Of a stretch of DNA of 64,000 nt, positions 34,531 to 49,630 are shown in pieces; within the stretch, counting starts at the first letter, position 1, and the number at the start of each line of letters is the position of its first letter. Under the pieces are notes generated by a model. That model had not been told where the DNA came from. It did not search any database and saw only the letters and a list, made by a program, of their open reading frames with translations. Origin of the DNA: Cenococcum geophilum (taxonomy: Eukaryota). The translations under genes and the position numbers were made by a program. The stretch covers positions 16,988,001-17,052,000 of the forward strand of contig CP158635.1 in assembly GCA_050273025.1 (NCBI GenBank). Reading direction: 5' to 3'.

Positions 34531-35496
34531 ACTAAAATAATATAATATTAAGTTAGAGCAACTTATAAAGAAGTTTGACTTAGGCTTAATATTAGGCAAA
34601 ACCTAAGTAGATAGTTATATAGCTGCGAGGCATAGGAAACTTATGTGCGACTCGCCTATAAGGCACGTGCGCTATATATACTTAGGAAAACCCCTTCCTT
34701 ACCTCGTATATAGACTCCTCCTTTTTCCTTAAGGATTTGTCTATCTATATAATATACGCTATTGTTCTATTAATTAGACACCCTATCTATATTCTTACCT
34801 TATATTTAAATCCTTACTAATCCCCTTAAAAGGATAGCCGGTTTAATTTTTCTACGGTTTATAATACCTTTAAAGACAAGATTGACGCCTATACTCGATG
34901 GTAATACGCTTACGACACGACCGCAAAACGCCTTAGAATTCTAGTACTAGAAGTACACTAGCAGAATTTAAGCTACCTTCCTAATCTTAAGACGATTAGA
35001 TATCTGCTGTTACGGAGTAAGTATGTTAGCGACTTAGTTAATCGAGGCATGAGCACGGCAAGAGGGACACGCAAGCCTGTATAATTGGTAGTCTATAAAT
35101 AAAGATCCAAAGCTAGAGAAAGAAAAGGAGATAGAGGGTAGCGCCGCTCGACGTTATATACGATCCTCTAGTTATATAATAGCAACTGTCTAAAACTATA
35201 TAAAACTATCTACGACTATCTACGACTATCTATAACTGTTTGCCATAATCTACTAATATCTATTAGCTATAATCCACTAGTTTCCACTAGTGCCGTAACA
35301 TTACCCCCCCCTCTAAAAAAGCCTGCCCTTAGGCTTTATATGTCTATATTATGTCTATAGGGTATTCTTATCTTTATACTTAATAGGCAGCTTATTATCT
35401 TCACTATTCTAGCACTCTATTTACTTATTAAGGTACTTTAGGGGTCTGGGTTTATTAGGGTAATAACTATAAAATTCTTAAAGCTTATAGGAACTA

Positions 35497-35690
35497 TGTA
35501 AGCTTTGCAGTGTGTAGGAATTGAACGAGCAACTTTATTGTAAATCTATGGAAATCAAGTGGTATAAATACATGAGGAAGGTGTAAGAAATAAGATGAAA
35601 GGGGATACCAATGCGTAGCTAAAATAGGGTGATACGCAGTCGAGACAGGGTCGTGTTTTAGTAGGGTATTAGTACCGGTAGTCGGTTACA
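35497..35690. mobile_element. Solo LTR (194 bp) inserted in element A
   Basis: TGTAA...TTACA ends with 5-bp TSD AACTA (35492-35496 / 35691-35695). Confidence 0.85.
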
Positions 35691-36919
35691 AACTACCTAT
35701 AAAGTTCTATATAGGGTACTAAGTGGGGTTTAGGTTATACCCTTTCCAACTAATATAATATTTTAATGTTCCCCTTATAAGCTTACAGGCTAGTATTTCT
35801 TTAATTTCCTATTTATTATCGCCATTAACTTAAATTAGTAGGGGAGGTTTATTTTTTTTAATCTAGGTAATAGGTTATTTACGGCTTTCTATAGTTTATT
35901 TAGAGAGAAAATAGGGTAAACTTTAATTAAATTTAGGAGCTTTACTTTATACGCATTGGCTATCTTCTTAAAAACCTTATATAGTCCTACTATCTAATAG
36001 TCTAGCTTACGGCTAGGTCGTTTTGTTTTTTAATTCTTTATTATAACCTAGACCATATCTCCTACGGCAAAGTTAGGCTCTCGCCTATGCTTATTCGCCT
36101 ATTATTATATTAATTTCTAGGCCTTTTCTAGACTTATATAGGCTACCATCTAGGCTTTCTCTAAGCGCTTAGCATACTACCGTGCTTCCTTATAAGATGG
36201 TTTTTTGCGTATAGTCTAGGGTCCTTCTAGTCTTTCCCAGTTAAAGCTTATATAGGGTAAATAACCCATTTCTAGTTAAATAGGGGCAAATCCTATGGAG
36301 TTATAAGATAGGGTTACTTAGGCATAGTCTATTAGGGGTAGTAGTTTAGCTTAATTATCTTAGAAGTAGTTAATAAAGGGCCGAAGTCTCTAATCTAAGT
36401 ATTAATTTATAATTTCCGTCTAACTATCTATCTAGGGGTAATATGCGGTAGAAAGCTTTAGCTTAATACCTAAAATCTAGGTAAACTTATTCTAGAATAC
36501 TAATATAAATTACGGCTTATAATTAGATATAATAGTTGTCGGGAATAAGGCAAGTTGCCGTCGCATGAAGTATATTGCCGTCACGTGTCGACGTGGCCCT
36601 AGCGTGGTGAGGAACCTTAAGTTCCTCACCCCTTTCCTTATTCCTATTAATAAGAATTAACCAACATCACTGTAACCCTACTTGAGTAGTCGTTATTAGT
36701 GAGTCACCCTATATTTCTAATACTGATTAGTGGTTAAATACACAGTTAACTATAGAGCAGCTAGGTTTTTAAATAGAAGAGATAGTCTCGTGTAGGGGTG
36801 CTATATGCGCTTATATGGAATGGATCCCGGCAATACTGTACTACCTTAGACTTGCGGAAAACTAGTAACAGAAGTGTTACTAAGTACTAGGAGATACTAA
36901 GTTGCGTCTATTATACAGA

Positions 36920-37105
36920 ACAACCACATTTACAAAGATTTAGTCGAGTACTTTAGGTTAGAAGTGTTACTAAACCTACGGTCCTAAAATTAACGTCTAA
37001 AACGCGTTAAACAACTACACATACGAAGATTTGGTCGAGTACTTTAGGTTAAAAGTGTTACTAAACCTACGGTCCTAAAGTTAACATCTAAAACGCGTTA
37101 ACAAC
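36920..37105. repeat. ~91-bp tandem repeat (2 copies) in the 5' leader of Copia B
   Basis: acaac...agatttRgtcgagtactttaggttaRaagtgttactaaacctacggtcctaaa...aaaacgcgtta repeated at 36920 and 37011. Confidence 0.85.
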
Positions 37106-39004
37106 ATCTTAATTACCTACCTTTTAATAGTAAACCTACAAGATTCTATAAAGCTAAAAACCCTACCTACCTTTAATGTACGACACCCCGTCGATTCTAT
37201 ACCTACTATGGCGTTAACCTACCTAAAGAAGTACGAGAAAAGTATTAACCCGGAGACATAGGATATAGACATTAACCCTATAAACGCTAAGGAACAGGAC
37301 CTAAACGAATTCTTAGTATACCGTATAGTATACTATATAGACAGCGAATATAATAATACCGAGCTATAGTGTTATATAAAGGAGGACTTTATTAGATGGA
37401 TAAAGGAAATATAGGCTCTTATAAAGAAGGATATTATATAAGACTTCCGTAACTTCCTTTAGGAGAATAGAGTATTTGTCCCTATAGATAGGGGTATTAT
37501 TAGAGACAATATCTAGGAGCAAGTTATTAACGCAAAAGAAAAGCATAAATGGACTCTATAAGAGGTTAAGCACCAACTACGTACTAAGAGGAAGCTTAAC
37601 TTATAATGGAATTTAAATAATATGCTAATAGAGACGCGCTCTAATTCCATTGCTCCAGGTATAAGTTCTTACATTCTATATCTATCGCTTCCACCTCTAT
37701 CTCCAGCTCTCTAGGATCTACTAATTTAACTAGTAATATTAACTACTACCCCTTAAGAGTAAGCGCAAGATCCCCTTACTTTGCGATTTAATAACCTTTA
37801 AACTCTACTATAGGAAGATTAGGTACTACGCCATGTTCTACTAAGCCCTATATCTCCACTGCAGCCTATAAAGTAATCCCTACCTTAATCTTTAATGCAA
37901 TTTTAACGTGGTCTAATACTACTTAGAGGCACCTTAAAAATGCTTATAGAGCTTACGAAGCTCTATACGGACTAAGAGAAGAAGTTTAGTAGGGAACTGT
38001 ATAACATCCTTAATTCAAAGCTATATATCTTCTATAACTGTTGCTAGAAGGTTAAACTAGAACCTAACTAATATTATAACGCCTATTCCGTTATACTTAA
38101 GGGCCGCGCTAGTACCTTCTATTATAATTATTTGGTAGGAAAAGGATATAATTTTAACCGAATAATATATAAGATAAGATGCCACTTTAAAATAGAAGAG
38201 AATAAGTAGCAATATATATTGGAGTAGAGAGAGACTACCTTCCTAAGAATTATTGCTATAAACCTAGGTGTCTCTCGGCTTAATTATCTTTAAAAGCTCT
38301 TTAATTAACTTTAGATAATTTAGCGTGGTTTATCCGAATTATATTAAGAGGACCTTAGCCTTCGCGATTAAGTTATTAGCGTATACCGAGGTATTAAAGA
38401 ATATAATCTTGCTCTCTTTAACCCTATAAGTACTTATAAAGAAGTATATACTTAATTAAGATCCTCTATTAGCACCGCTCTACGCTCTTAAGAAGTATAG
38501 CAATTTAACGCCCAACTCTAACCTACCTTAATCGACCTAGCTGACTAATATGATTATAACTGGACTAATTAAACATATAGTAGACGTAGTAGGGGATATG
38601 GTAAAGGGTACGATTAATGTCGACTATAAGGCAATTATAGAGGTTCTTATGGAGGTTTACTTCGGAGCGATTATTAGAAGAAGTGCTATATTTATAAGAA
38701 GCTAAATTACTAGTTAACTAGACACCCTCTTAATAAACGAAAGGAGGTATATAATAGGTTTCGCTAGAGTATATAAAACGTTAGAAACTAAGAGGTTATT
38801 ATAGCCTATTTCTAAAACTTTCTGGTTTAATATAAAGGCGAAGAAGATCTTAAGGGTAAGGTTAACGAGGCCAAATAGCTTCTTATAGATATGGAAATTA
38901 AGGACTACTCTCCTAACTAATACTTTACTAAGTATGGTGAGGTAAATGGCATATAAACCATCGCTATCCTTAATAACTAATCTACGCTCCATTCTATTAT
39001 AAAG

Positions 39005-42000
39005 TGTCACGGAACCCCACCGCAGGGGCCTCCATAGGAGAGCCCCGTGCTCTCGCGTACACCTCGCGTACAGCTTATGTCAGCTACGCGTAGGTATATC
39101 ACCTCCTTACGCCCTCGACCCTTACGATCGATCGCGCAACGTCTTATAGACTCCTCAAATATATACGTCTTGTAGCCACTGCCCCGTCCCATGACATTAC
39201 GTTGCGCCTTTTTACCACTGACACCCAGCCTACGACCAATTCTACGTCTCTATAATACTATAGGCGCTGCCAGAAGCAGCGTGCCTATAAGTTACCTCAC
39301 TTTATACTTCTAAGGAACCTATAATAGTAAGACGATATTCCTTACTAGCCACTATATTAAACCTAAAGAATAATCTAATACCTATACTTAACCTACGACG
39401 CCAATCAATCCTAGGAGAATTTGATTTATTAGCCCTAGCCTTAACCCCTAAGGAGATAGATACTGATAATATTTTATCTTTTATTAATTATATAACTACA
39501 AACAAGTAAGCAAAAGGGCTATTACCCATTAAAATCGAAATATAAGACGCCGAGATATTTATAAAAATAGTAGCATAAAAACCTAATAAATACTACCGCC
39601 TTCTATAGAACTACTACCTAAAGCTTATACAAGCCAAGATGTGTGCTGCCTAAGATCGCGATATTATCTAAGACCTATAAGCTCGCGAGGCGCTTACTAA
39701 TAACACGCGTTAAGAAACCGAAGATGACCTCTATATATCTAAACGCGACGTCTAACAGTTAAAGAAGGCTAAAATCGTACTTATTGCTACGGTTACTAAA
39801 AGAAAAGGCATAATTAAATACCTATAATCTTAGCTTAACAAGCACATTTATAATAACGCTAGATACCTCTCTACTATATATAACACCACTTAAGTCTCTA
39901 CGCCCCTAGCAACTTTACCTACTTAACGCTTAATAAAGGGTTAGTGCCGAGCAGTCTTACCTAACGGGAACCCTTACTAAAGCGATAACAAAAGCTATAA
40001 TAACTAAACCTAAGCTACTACTGTAGGGTTTAATGTATATTACCTTAATCCCCTAGTTTTCTAGGGAGACCGTAAAGAATATAGCTACTAAAAGATATAA
40101 ATCCGCAAGAAACTAACTTAGAGCGCCTACCTTTTTCCTATAGAAGATACTAAGATTAGCTATATTATCGGGCGAATAAAGGGTATACTATTTAATAGAC
40201 TCTTCGCCTAATGGGAGACTAATAGCCCCTGGAAGTGGCAGTCCCACTAAAAAGTCCTTAACGATCTTAACCTAATATACCATGACTATAACCTACTAGC
40301 CACTAACTAAGCTAAACTACGTGCCTTAAAGATAAGCCCTACTAAATTATTTAACGAGTTTTATATTAAATTTTAGGAATATACTAGAGCCCTTATCTAA
40401 GACGATACTAAAGACTAAAAAGATCTCCTTAAAAAAGTTACTTATTGCCTTAGTTACGCAGCCGCCAGCCACAACTATAATAATGTTTATAATATGGTAG
40501 CAGCTATATAGAAGATTAAACGACGACTAAATTAGATTACTACTGTAAACCCTTACCCAAAGATCTCCCTATAGAAGCCCTCCGGACTTACTAAACTACT
40601 AACGCCTACTACCCTAAGCAATACTACTGGTCCTAATATTAACCTTTCTATACTAACCTTCCCGTAAAAGCTACTAGATAGAGAATATAAGCTACTCTAA
40701 AAGCTAAAGTGTTGCTATAGATGTTGTTAAGAAGGCTATTATAGCTATAGCCCAAACTGCCTAATAGTTAGGTTTAGTAGCTGCCGCCTAATACCTAACC
40801 TAGTACCTTAAATACCAAATATATTATTATATACCACTACTATATAAGACGAAGACGTAGTAATAGCGGTAGAGTTAGATACGGAAATAGAAAATACTAA
40901 GTCCTAGCCCTAAGTCGTAGGTTAGGACGCCCTAATAATAAGGGGATCTATATATTGGCCTACTTAATAGATAACTTAGTAAAAATAAATGGACGGAAAC
41001 AGATAGTTTTACCCATAATAGGAACTACTGCTAAAAAATAATATAAAAGCCGTTCTATAATTAATTACAGAGCTACTAATAAATTTATAGATATTTAATT
41101 TATACGTACTTATAACCTACCTACCTTACCCCTTACCAAAGCCCGCGCCCTATAACTCGCCGACGGTAGTTATACCGTATAGAAGATTACCTATATAGTA
41201 TAACTCTACCTAGATATAAATAGGCACTAGGAAGAACTCTGGGCCTATATTACACCACTTACTAACTACCCTATTATCCTTAGAATAAACTAGCTTAAAT
41301 AATACAACCCCGCCATTAACTAGAAAAAGAGAGAAGTAACCTTTAACTCTAAATACTGTAGAGAGACCTACTTAGGATATAGCCTAGCCGCCTCTATCTA
41401 CTCCCCAGGATACTAACCTAAGGAACCCCTTATTACCCTACCTATAACTAACTACTACTATATAAGTGCCGCGGCCTTCTACCACATAGCACATAGAAAA
41501 GGCTGGACCGTTACTGCAGCCTTCTAATTACGACTATATAAGCTTAATAAAGAACAGGACTATGTCCTCTATAGTAACAGGATAGATATAGTTAACCTCC
41601 TAGAAAATGATGCCCCCGTAGAACTCTACGGACTTTTACTTTTAGACTTTAAGAAGTTTATAAAGCTTAAAAAAGGACTTACTAATAAGGAACTCCGTAA
41701 GCTCCTCCCTAAGAGGTACTATAACTTTATTAACGTGTGCTTATAAAAGAGCGTAGATATACTCCCCCTACATTAACCTAATAACTATACCATTAATATT
41801 AAATAAGGAAAAACGCTACCCTATAAGAGACCCTACCTAATATTAAAAGACGAACTTCTAGTTGTTAAAAAGTATATCAACAAACACCTTAATAAAGGGT
41901 TTATTCGCCCCAGTATATCCCTAGTAGCCGCCCCTATCCTTCTTACTAAGAAGCTAGGAGGAGGTATTTAATTCTATATTAACTATAGAGGACTTAACGC

Positions 42001-45000
42001 TATTATAATTAAGAACTAATACCCTATACCGCTTATATATAAGACTTTTAAGCGGCTTAGTTAAGCTAAAATCTATACTAAGCTTAATATCATCGCCGCC
42101 TTTAACCGCCTTTAAATATAAGAAGGTAACAAATGAAAAACCGCATTCGCATTGCGCTTTAGCTAATTCAAATATACCGTTATGCCCTTTAGCGTATATA
42201 ACGGCCCAGGTAGCTTCTAAAGCTATATTAATAACGCCTTATAGGACTACCTTAATAACTTCTGCTCTGCGTACCTAGACGATATACTTATTTATAGCAA
42301 TAACCCTTTTAAGTATACTGAGCACGTTTAAAAGGTTTTACAGCGCCTTAGGGACGTAGGACTTTATATTAATTTAAAGAAGTGCGAATTCTTAGTTACA
42401 GAAGTAAAATACCTTAGACTAATTATTACTACTAAGGGTGTCTATATAGACCCTAAGAAGGTATATATAATTACTAAATAGTAAACCCCTAACTATATTA
42501 AAGACGTATAAGCTTTTCTCAGTTTTGCTAACTTCTATTAAAAATTTATATATAACTTCTTGGGTGTTATAGTATTACTTATAGCAATAATGTGAATAAA
42601 GGGCCTTTTTGTGAAAGGAAGAAAAATATATCTATGTTTTATCTAAACGCCTAAATGTAAGAAGGCGTTCTAAGACCTTAAAGATGCTTTTACTAAAGTA
42701 CCTATCCTAGCTCACTTTATACCAGGACGATAACTCTATCTTAAAACTAACTCCTTAAACCATGTTAACGTAGGTGTTTTTTCCTAGATAGGTAATGACG
42801 GTCTCCTCTACCTAGTTATATTCTATTTATCTAAGCTTATACTATAAGAATATAACTATAAGATTTATAATAAGGAACTTCTCGCGATTATATAAGCGTT
42901 TAAGGAATTTTAACTGGAACTCTCCTTAGCAGAACCTAACTAGCTAACTAAAGTCCTTACGGATTATCGCAACCTTAAGTACTTTATAACTATGAAATAG
43001 CTAAACCGACGCTAAGCACGCTGGAACGAGTTCCTCTCTAATTTTAACTTTAAAATTATATATAGGCTAGGAGTATAAGGTACTAAGCCTAATAGCCTAA
43101 TACGCCGCTTATAAGACCTTCCTTAGTTTAAAGATAACCCCTATAACTAGTTCCAATAATAAATAATCCTAAAAGCACGGAATTTGGCCCTAGGTATGCT
43201 ACCTATAATAGAGCTAACTATACCTTAGCTCTATACCACAGAACTAGAATTACCTCCTAAAATTAATAAGCTTATTACTATGGCATATAACACCTCTATT
43301 AACCTATTACTATATTAACTTATTACCGCAAAGACCGCTAGCGCCCGTACGCTACCGACTAAACTCTAAAGCTTAGGCTAGATTAATATAGCAGCCTTAG
43401 AAGTAAAAGAAAACAGGCTCTATTATAGAGGCCGTCTATTTATCCCTAACTTAGAAAATCTATAACGGCAACTAATTTAAATAGCCCATAACCTCCAATT
43501 AAGCGGCTACCTAGGCAGAGGAGGAACCTATAAGCTTCTTAGCCGATACTACTTCTGGCCTAAAATAATAGACTTAGTTAAACGCTTTATAGGCGCCTAC
43601 TACAGTTATAAGCGCGTTAAGGCCTTTAATATAAAGTACCAAGGATTACTGCACCCTCTACCAGTACCTATATGACGATGGGCAGATATCGCCATAGATT
43701 TCGTTGTTGACCTACTACCCTATAAGCGACATGGCCGTACCTATAAGAACATCCTTATAATAATATGCCGACTTATAAAAGAGCGCCACTATGTCCCAAC
43801 CGAAGGCGTAGCCGTTAGCGACGTTACTAACGCCTTCCTCTACGAAATTTACCGATTATATAGGTTACCTAACTCGATTACGTCCGACTAAGGTATATAG
43901 TTTGGCTCTAATATATAGAGACAAATCTGCTAACGCCTTGGCATCTCCGTTAAGATATCTATATCCTTTTACTATAAAACTACTAGGTAACCAGAAAACG
44001 CTAATGCTAGTATAAAAGCGTACCTATAATAGGTAGTCGCCTATAGTCAAGATAACTGGGTAGATTACCTCCTACTAGGTAAATTCGCAGCGAATAACTA
44101 CGTCTTAACTACTATAGGACTTACCCCGTTCTTCGCAAACAAGGGATATTACCCCCAATCCGGTATAGAACTACTAGAACCTATTAATAAGAAACTGCCA
44201 TATGGAAAACGCCTTAAGATACTACTTGCCGACTAGTATATAGACCGTATAAAAAATCTACTCAACTACTGTAAGGGAGAAATGGCCTAGGCTTAAGTAA
44301 AGTAGGCCTACTTCGCCGACTATTATAGAACGCCACCACTAGAGATGCGTGTTGGCGACTGGGTATAGCTAGATATACGCAATATCTTTACGCAGAGGCC
44401 TATAAAGTCACTTAATTATAAGAACCTCGGCCCCTACCTAATTAAACGAGTTATTAATAGGGGAGCCGTATACAAGCTAGAGCTCCTACCTGCCCTAGCC
44501 ACCCGTGGGATATAGCCTATATTTTACCTATAGCTACTACACCTTCACTAGCCTAACCCCTTACCGGGGCAGATATAGCCTAAACCCCTATTAGTACTAA
44601 TCCGAGACGAGAACGAAGACAAGAACCATAAGGAGTGGACCGTTAAACGAATTATCAACTCTAAATACTTTGGTAAAGGTAGAGGACGACAGCTCTACTA
44701 CAGAGCTATATACACAGGATTTGACATAGATTAGCCAAAATGGCAACTATAGGAAGACTTCGAAAATGTAAAGGATCTAATTAGCGACTTTTACTACGCG
44801 AACCTACAGAAACCGGGCCTAAGCAGAGATTTTATACCTAATCCTCTATGGGAGCCCTTATAGAGTTAAACCGTTATACATTACCACGTAGGGGTAAATT
44901 ACCGTTAGATTGCCGTTAGATTGCGGTAAAGTGCGATTACGTAACCGGAATATCGTTAAGATGTCTAGGAACTTTAACCGGCAGTTAAAGTTATCTAATT

Positions 45001-45348
45001 GGTTGGATTCTTAGATGCCAAGCCTTATTACATAACATTGTTTTAAGCCTTTAGCGATACCCCCTTTTCTTCTTTTCTATACCCTAAGTGTCCCTTTTAT
45101 ATATATATAGTAACCACAGCGTCGCCGGAGCTCCGCCTCTATAGGAGGGGGGGTAGTGTTACGGAACCCCACCGTAGGGGCCTCTATAGGAGAGCCCCGT
45201 GCTCTCGCGTACACCTCGCGTACAGCTTATGTCAGCTACGCGTAGGTATATCACCTCCTTACGCCCTCGACCCTTACGATCGATCGCGTAACGTCTTGTA
45301 GACTCCTTAAATACATACGTCTTGTAGCTACTGCCCCGTCCCGTGACA
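39005..45348 (+). mobile_element. Gypsy chromovirus C, full length (6.3 kb), nested in B; LTRs 39005-39196 and 45157-45348
   Basis: 192-bp LTR pair, TSD TAAAG, PPT GGAGGGGGGG; RT YLDDILIYS near 42270; RNase H, integrase, chromodomain EWTVKRIINSK near 44635; many RIP stops. Confidence 0.95.
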
Positions 45349-48300
45349 TAAAGTTAGATATCTTTAATAAGCCAAAGAAAAGTTCCGCGTTCTCCTTTAA
45401 CGATAGATACTTGGCGAACGTCTTCTATAGCATTATGCCAGATACTAGAGCCGTAGGAGTATTTATAGCAGGAGAGTCTTAAGTTTAAGCTCTTTAGTAG
45501 CTTAATAGCTCTGTTTAAATTAACTAATTAACAGCAGGCTAATATACAATTCGCTTTAGCAAGGATACTATAATCTTTTTTAGCACAATTAAGGTCCAAA
45601 CCCCGTTAGGATATATTACTTTCTACATTATCCCCATAAACACCCCATTCCTATTCTACATCTAAGATATAAATAAATTAGGTGTTAAGCTTGATAACCT
45701 TAAGAATATACTTATCTAGGGAGATAATTAGGTGCCCGTTATACGTAAGTAGGGTCACCCTTAGTTGCTCCTTTAATAGCTAAAAAGGAGCATTACTTAG
45801 AGCTACCTAACTAAGTTAGAGTTACATTAACTACACCATTATTTTAGCCACCCATCTATTTACTAATTACTTAGGGTCCTTTAGCGAGCAGGTTATAAAG
45901 TTAAGGTTAAGGTAATTAAATATCTTATAAAGTACTGCTACCACTACTAAATAAACCAGAAGTCCCCTGGCCGATTTAAGTTTACTTTTAAAGATAACTA
46001 TAACTTTAACTTCTATATTATTATAGATGTTATATATCTTAGCGGTAAGCCAGTACTCTAAGTTATTAACTTCTTAACCTCCTTCTAAGCTATACGCTTT
46101 TTAAAAGATATATTAGCTAGGAACGCATAGAATACTCTTTAATTATGCTAGATTAATATCTACCTAGGACCCCCTAATTAAATTGTTTATAATATAAAAA
46201 AGAACTTTTTATTTATGGAGTTTTAATAATAGGTAAAGGTAATAACAATTAAGGTTAAGGAAGTCCCCGTTAAGGCATATAATAGTATTAGAAAAGTAGA
46301 ACGATATTATACGCTATTACGCCGCGTATATAAGATTATTTCTTTAGAACTAGAGGGTGCTAGCGAAGAGCTTATCCTATAGATAGCTGTTAAGGCTGTT
46401 AATAATACCGCTGGCCCAGATAGGCTTGTACCTATATTACTAGTCTTTAGCGCCTACCCTTAAATAACTAACGATTCTCTACTATCTCCCTCTATTGCGT
46501 AATAAGCTAAGGCTATTTATAAGGTAATAAAGGAGGTGCGATATTTCTACGCCACGCGCTAGGTTAACGATGTACTAGGAATAAGAAATGGCCTAAATAC
46601 CTTAACTACACTTAATCTGCCACTCTAATTAAAGGTACGCGTATGGTGTAAAAAGGGAGGATAGTTAGGCCCACATAAACTTATTATAATTAATAGTTAA
46701 ACTTATACTCTTTAGATGCCCTATAGACCTACTTAATTCCACTTAACCGTTATTAAGCCCTACTATAGGGATAATAGCTTCGAGCCTTTATAGGATGCCT
46801 TAGAGGATACCCTAAAGGAGAACTATAATTAATATACTTTAGAAGGCGAAGGCAATTCTAATATAATTGTAGTAGACGTACTGCAACTATAACGCGGTAG
46901 AGGTCGCCTAAAGGGATTATAAAATTGCCAATATCTTGTTAATTTTAAAGAGCAATTTGTTACCGCTATTAAGAATAAAGATAAACTATTAATGGCCTTT
47001 ATAATAGCTAAAGAGAAGGCTAACTTTAAACTCGCAAAATAGCTCTAAAAGGAAGGCCGTATTATAACTCTAGGAGCTCCTTTCTAAGCATCTAATAAGT
47101 AGGAGATCGACAGTCTTATTATAAAAGGAGTCTTTAAATTTAAGAAATATAACCCTACTAAGTTCGATAGAGTCCGTATATTTAAGTTAAGAATAGTTAA
47201 TAAGATTAAAGGTAAAGCTACTAATACCCTATTTAAGAAGTTAAGGCTAGTTATTTAAGGTTATAATAATAATAGTAAGGAAGTAATCCTTACGCAATCC
47301 CCTATAATTTAACGAGCTAGTTAATAAGTTATTATTACGCTAGCTTCCTTCTTAATAAAGAATGGGATAGCGGTTTACCTATAAGATATTACTTAGGCCT
47401 ATACCCAATTAGAGACGCGCCTTTAGCACTTAATACTAGCATACCTTCTAGAGTAAATTTGCCACTAATATTCTAAGGATATAATTATAGTTATACTTAA
47501 GCCATTATATAGAATTGCAGAGGTAGGAACTTATTAGTGGGCTACCTATATCAAGCACCACAAGGAGAAGCTTTTAATAACTACTTCCATATTTAATCCC
47601 TACTTCCTTATTATAACTACGGGAACTCCATTTAGAATTATTAGCATATAAATAGACAATATAATCATCTTAGGAGATAACTAATTCTTAGCTCTTAAAG
47701 AAGATAAGCTAGTAAAGGCAAACCTTATAGCAAAGCTAAAGGAAAGACTTAACTTAGCAATACTATTACTCTTTAATAGATATATCCTCTCCCTAAATAA
47801 GGGCTCCATTACTCTACGCCAGAAGGGTTAAGGTAAGAAAATCAATATTATTAATATTAATTCTCTAAAGTAAGGATACGTGGAGTAACGCGCTCGCGGA
47901 GCTTATATAGCTTTTATCTATTAACCTAAGGCTTCCTTTAATCTCTCTATTGCCGCTTAATACTAGGAACTAACTAAGGATAATATTCTTGCCCTAAATA
48001 AGCGTCTTTTCTAGCAAATAAACTATCTTAATAGGGGATTACTTTACGTGCCTATTAACCTTCCTACCGCTAAGCTCTTTGTATTTATTAATAGATTATT
48101 TATAAATAATAAAGATTTTAGCTCCTAGCTAGGATATAAAATTATTATCGCAAATAAATCTATTAGAGAGAATAACTTTATAATCCACGGCAACCTTATC
48201 TATTAAAGCTTAACTAAAAGTAAGCGCGTTACTTAAAGCGTTTTAGCGTTAGAGATATATAGAATAGTCAGCGGAGTTAATATAGCAATTGCAATTGGAA

Positions 48301-48640
48301 CTACCCTTAAGATAATTACAGACCGGTTTAAACTTCCCGCTATCCCTATAATCGTATACACCGACTTATATTCCCTCTATAAGTATTTAGTTAAGCTTAG
48401 TACTATAAAGGAGAAGCGTCTTATAATCAATATTATAGCACTTCGGCAGTCCTACGAGCGTTAAAAACTCTTTAAGATCCGATAAATTAATGGCCAAAAT
48501 AACCCAGCAGATGCGATAATAAAGGTAAACCCAAATAAGGCACTAGAGACGTTTATTAATATAAATACTCTACGTACGTTAGGAAAACGGGGGGTGGCGC
48601 ACGAAATTTAGTTTCGCTAAAAGTGTTTTTGGGGCCCGGG

Positions 48641-48763
48641 GCTAGCTCTCCGCTATATTAGCTAACCCCCTAGAGCTCTACGCTAGCTTTCCGCCATATT
48701 AGCTAACCCCCTAGAGCTCTACGCCAGCTTTCTGCCATATTAGCTAGGCCCTAGAGCTATACG
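48641..48763. repeat. ~41-bp subterminal tandem repeat x3 in element D
   Basis: gctagctttccgccatattagctaaccccctagagctctac units. Confidence 0.85.
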
Positions 48764-49077
48764 CTAGCATTATGCTAGCTTATAGCTATAAAATAAACAT
48801 TATTACTATTATTGCGTTTATTGCTATTAGGGTATTAAAATCCTAAAGGCCTCCTAGTAGGCTCCTAGCAGGCTTCCTAGTAGGCTCCTAGTAGGACTTT
48901 AATTTTCCTAGTTATCTTAATCGCCCTGACAGCGGCCCACAGTGCTATCAGGTCCCCACTATATTCCCAGCAGCCTCTACATATCTTTACATACCCCTTA
49001 TATACCTAAATACCACTTATTTTTTACCCTTTCTTCCATCCTCTCTACCTAGGGAGGCACTACAACGGCAGCTAGCA

Positions 49078-49630
49078 GATGACTGTGGCCAGAACCAGAC
49101 GACCGTCGCCAGAACTAGATGACTGTCATCAGGACGACCGTCATCAGGACCAGACGACCGTCGTCAGGACCAGACAACCGTCGTCAGGACCAGACGACCG
49201 TCGCCAGAACTAGACGACCGTCGCCAGAATTAGACGACCGTCGCCAGAACTAGACGGCCGTTATCAGGACGACCGTCATCAGGACCAGACGACCGTTGCC
49301 AGAACTAGACGACCGTCATCAGGACGACCGTCATCAGGACGACCGTCATCAGGACGACCGTCATCAGGACCAGACGATCGTCGCCAGAACTAGACGACCG
49401 TCATCAGAACCAGACGACTGTCATCAGGACGACCGTCATCAGGACCAGACGACCGTCGCCAGAACTAGACGACCGTCGTCAGAACCAGACGACTGTCATC
49501 AGGACGACCGTCATCAGGACCAGACGACCGTCGCCAGAACTAGACGACCGTCGTCAGAACCAGACGACTGTCATCAGGACGACCGTCATCAGGACCAGAC
49601 GACCGTCGCCAGAACTAGACGACGATCGTT
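49078..49630. repeat. GC-rich minisatellite of 15/20-nt units with a palindromic core GACGAC-C-GTCRYC and a 75-nt higher-order unit
   Basis: Units gacgaccgtcatcag / gacgaccgtcgccagaacta / gacgaccgtcatcaggacca. Confidence 0.92.

Noticed and set aside
34530..35007. RIPed segment sharing GACTCGCCTATAAGGC with the LINE 3' UTR (~54315)
   Set aside because: Only a 16-bp match; boundaries and family could not be resolved.
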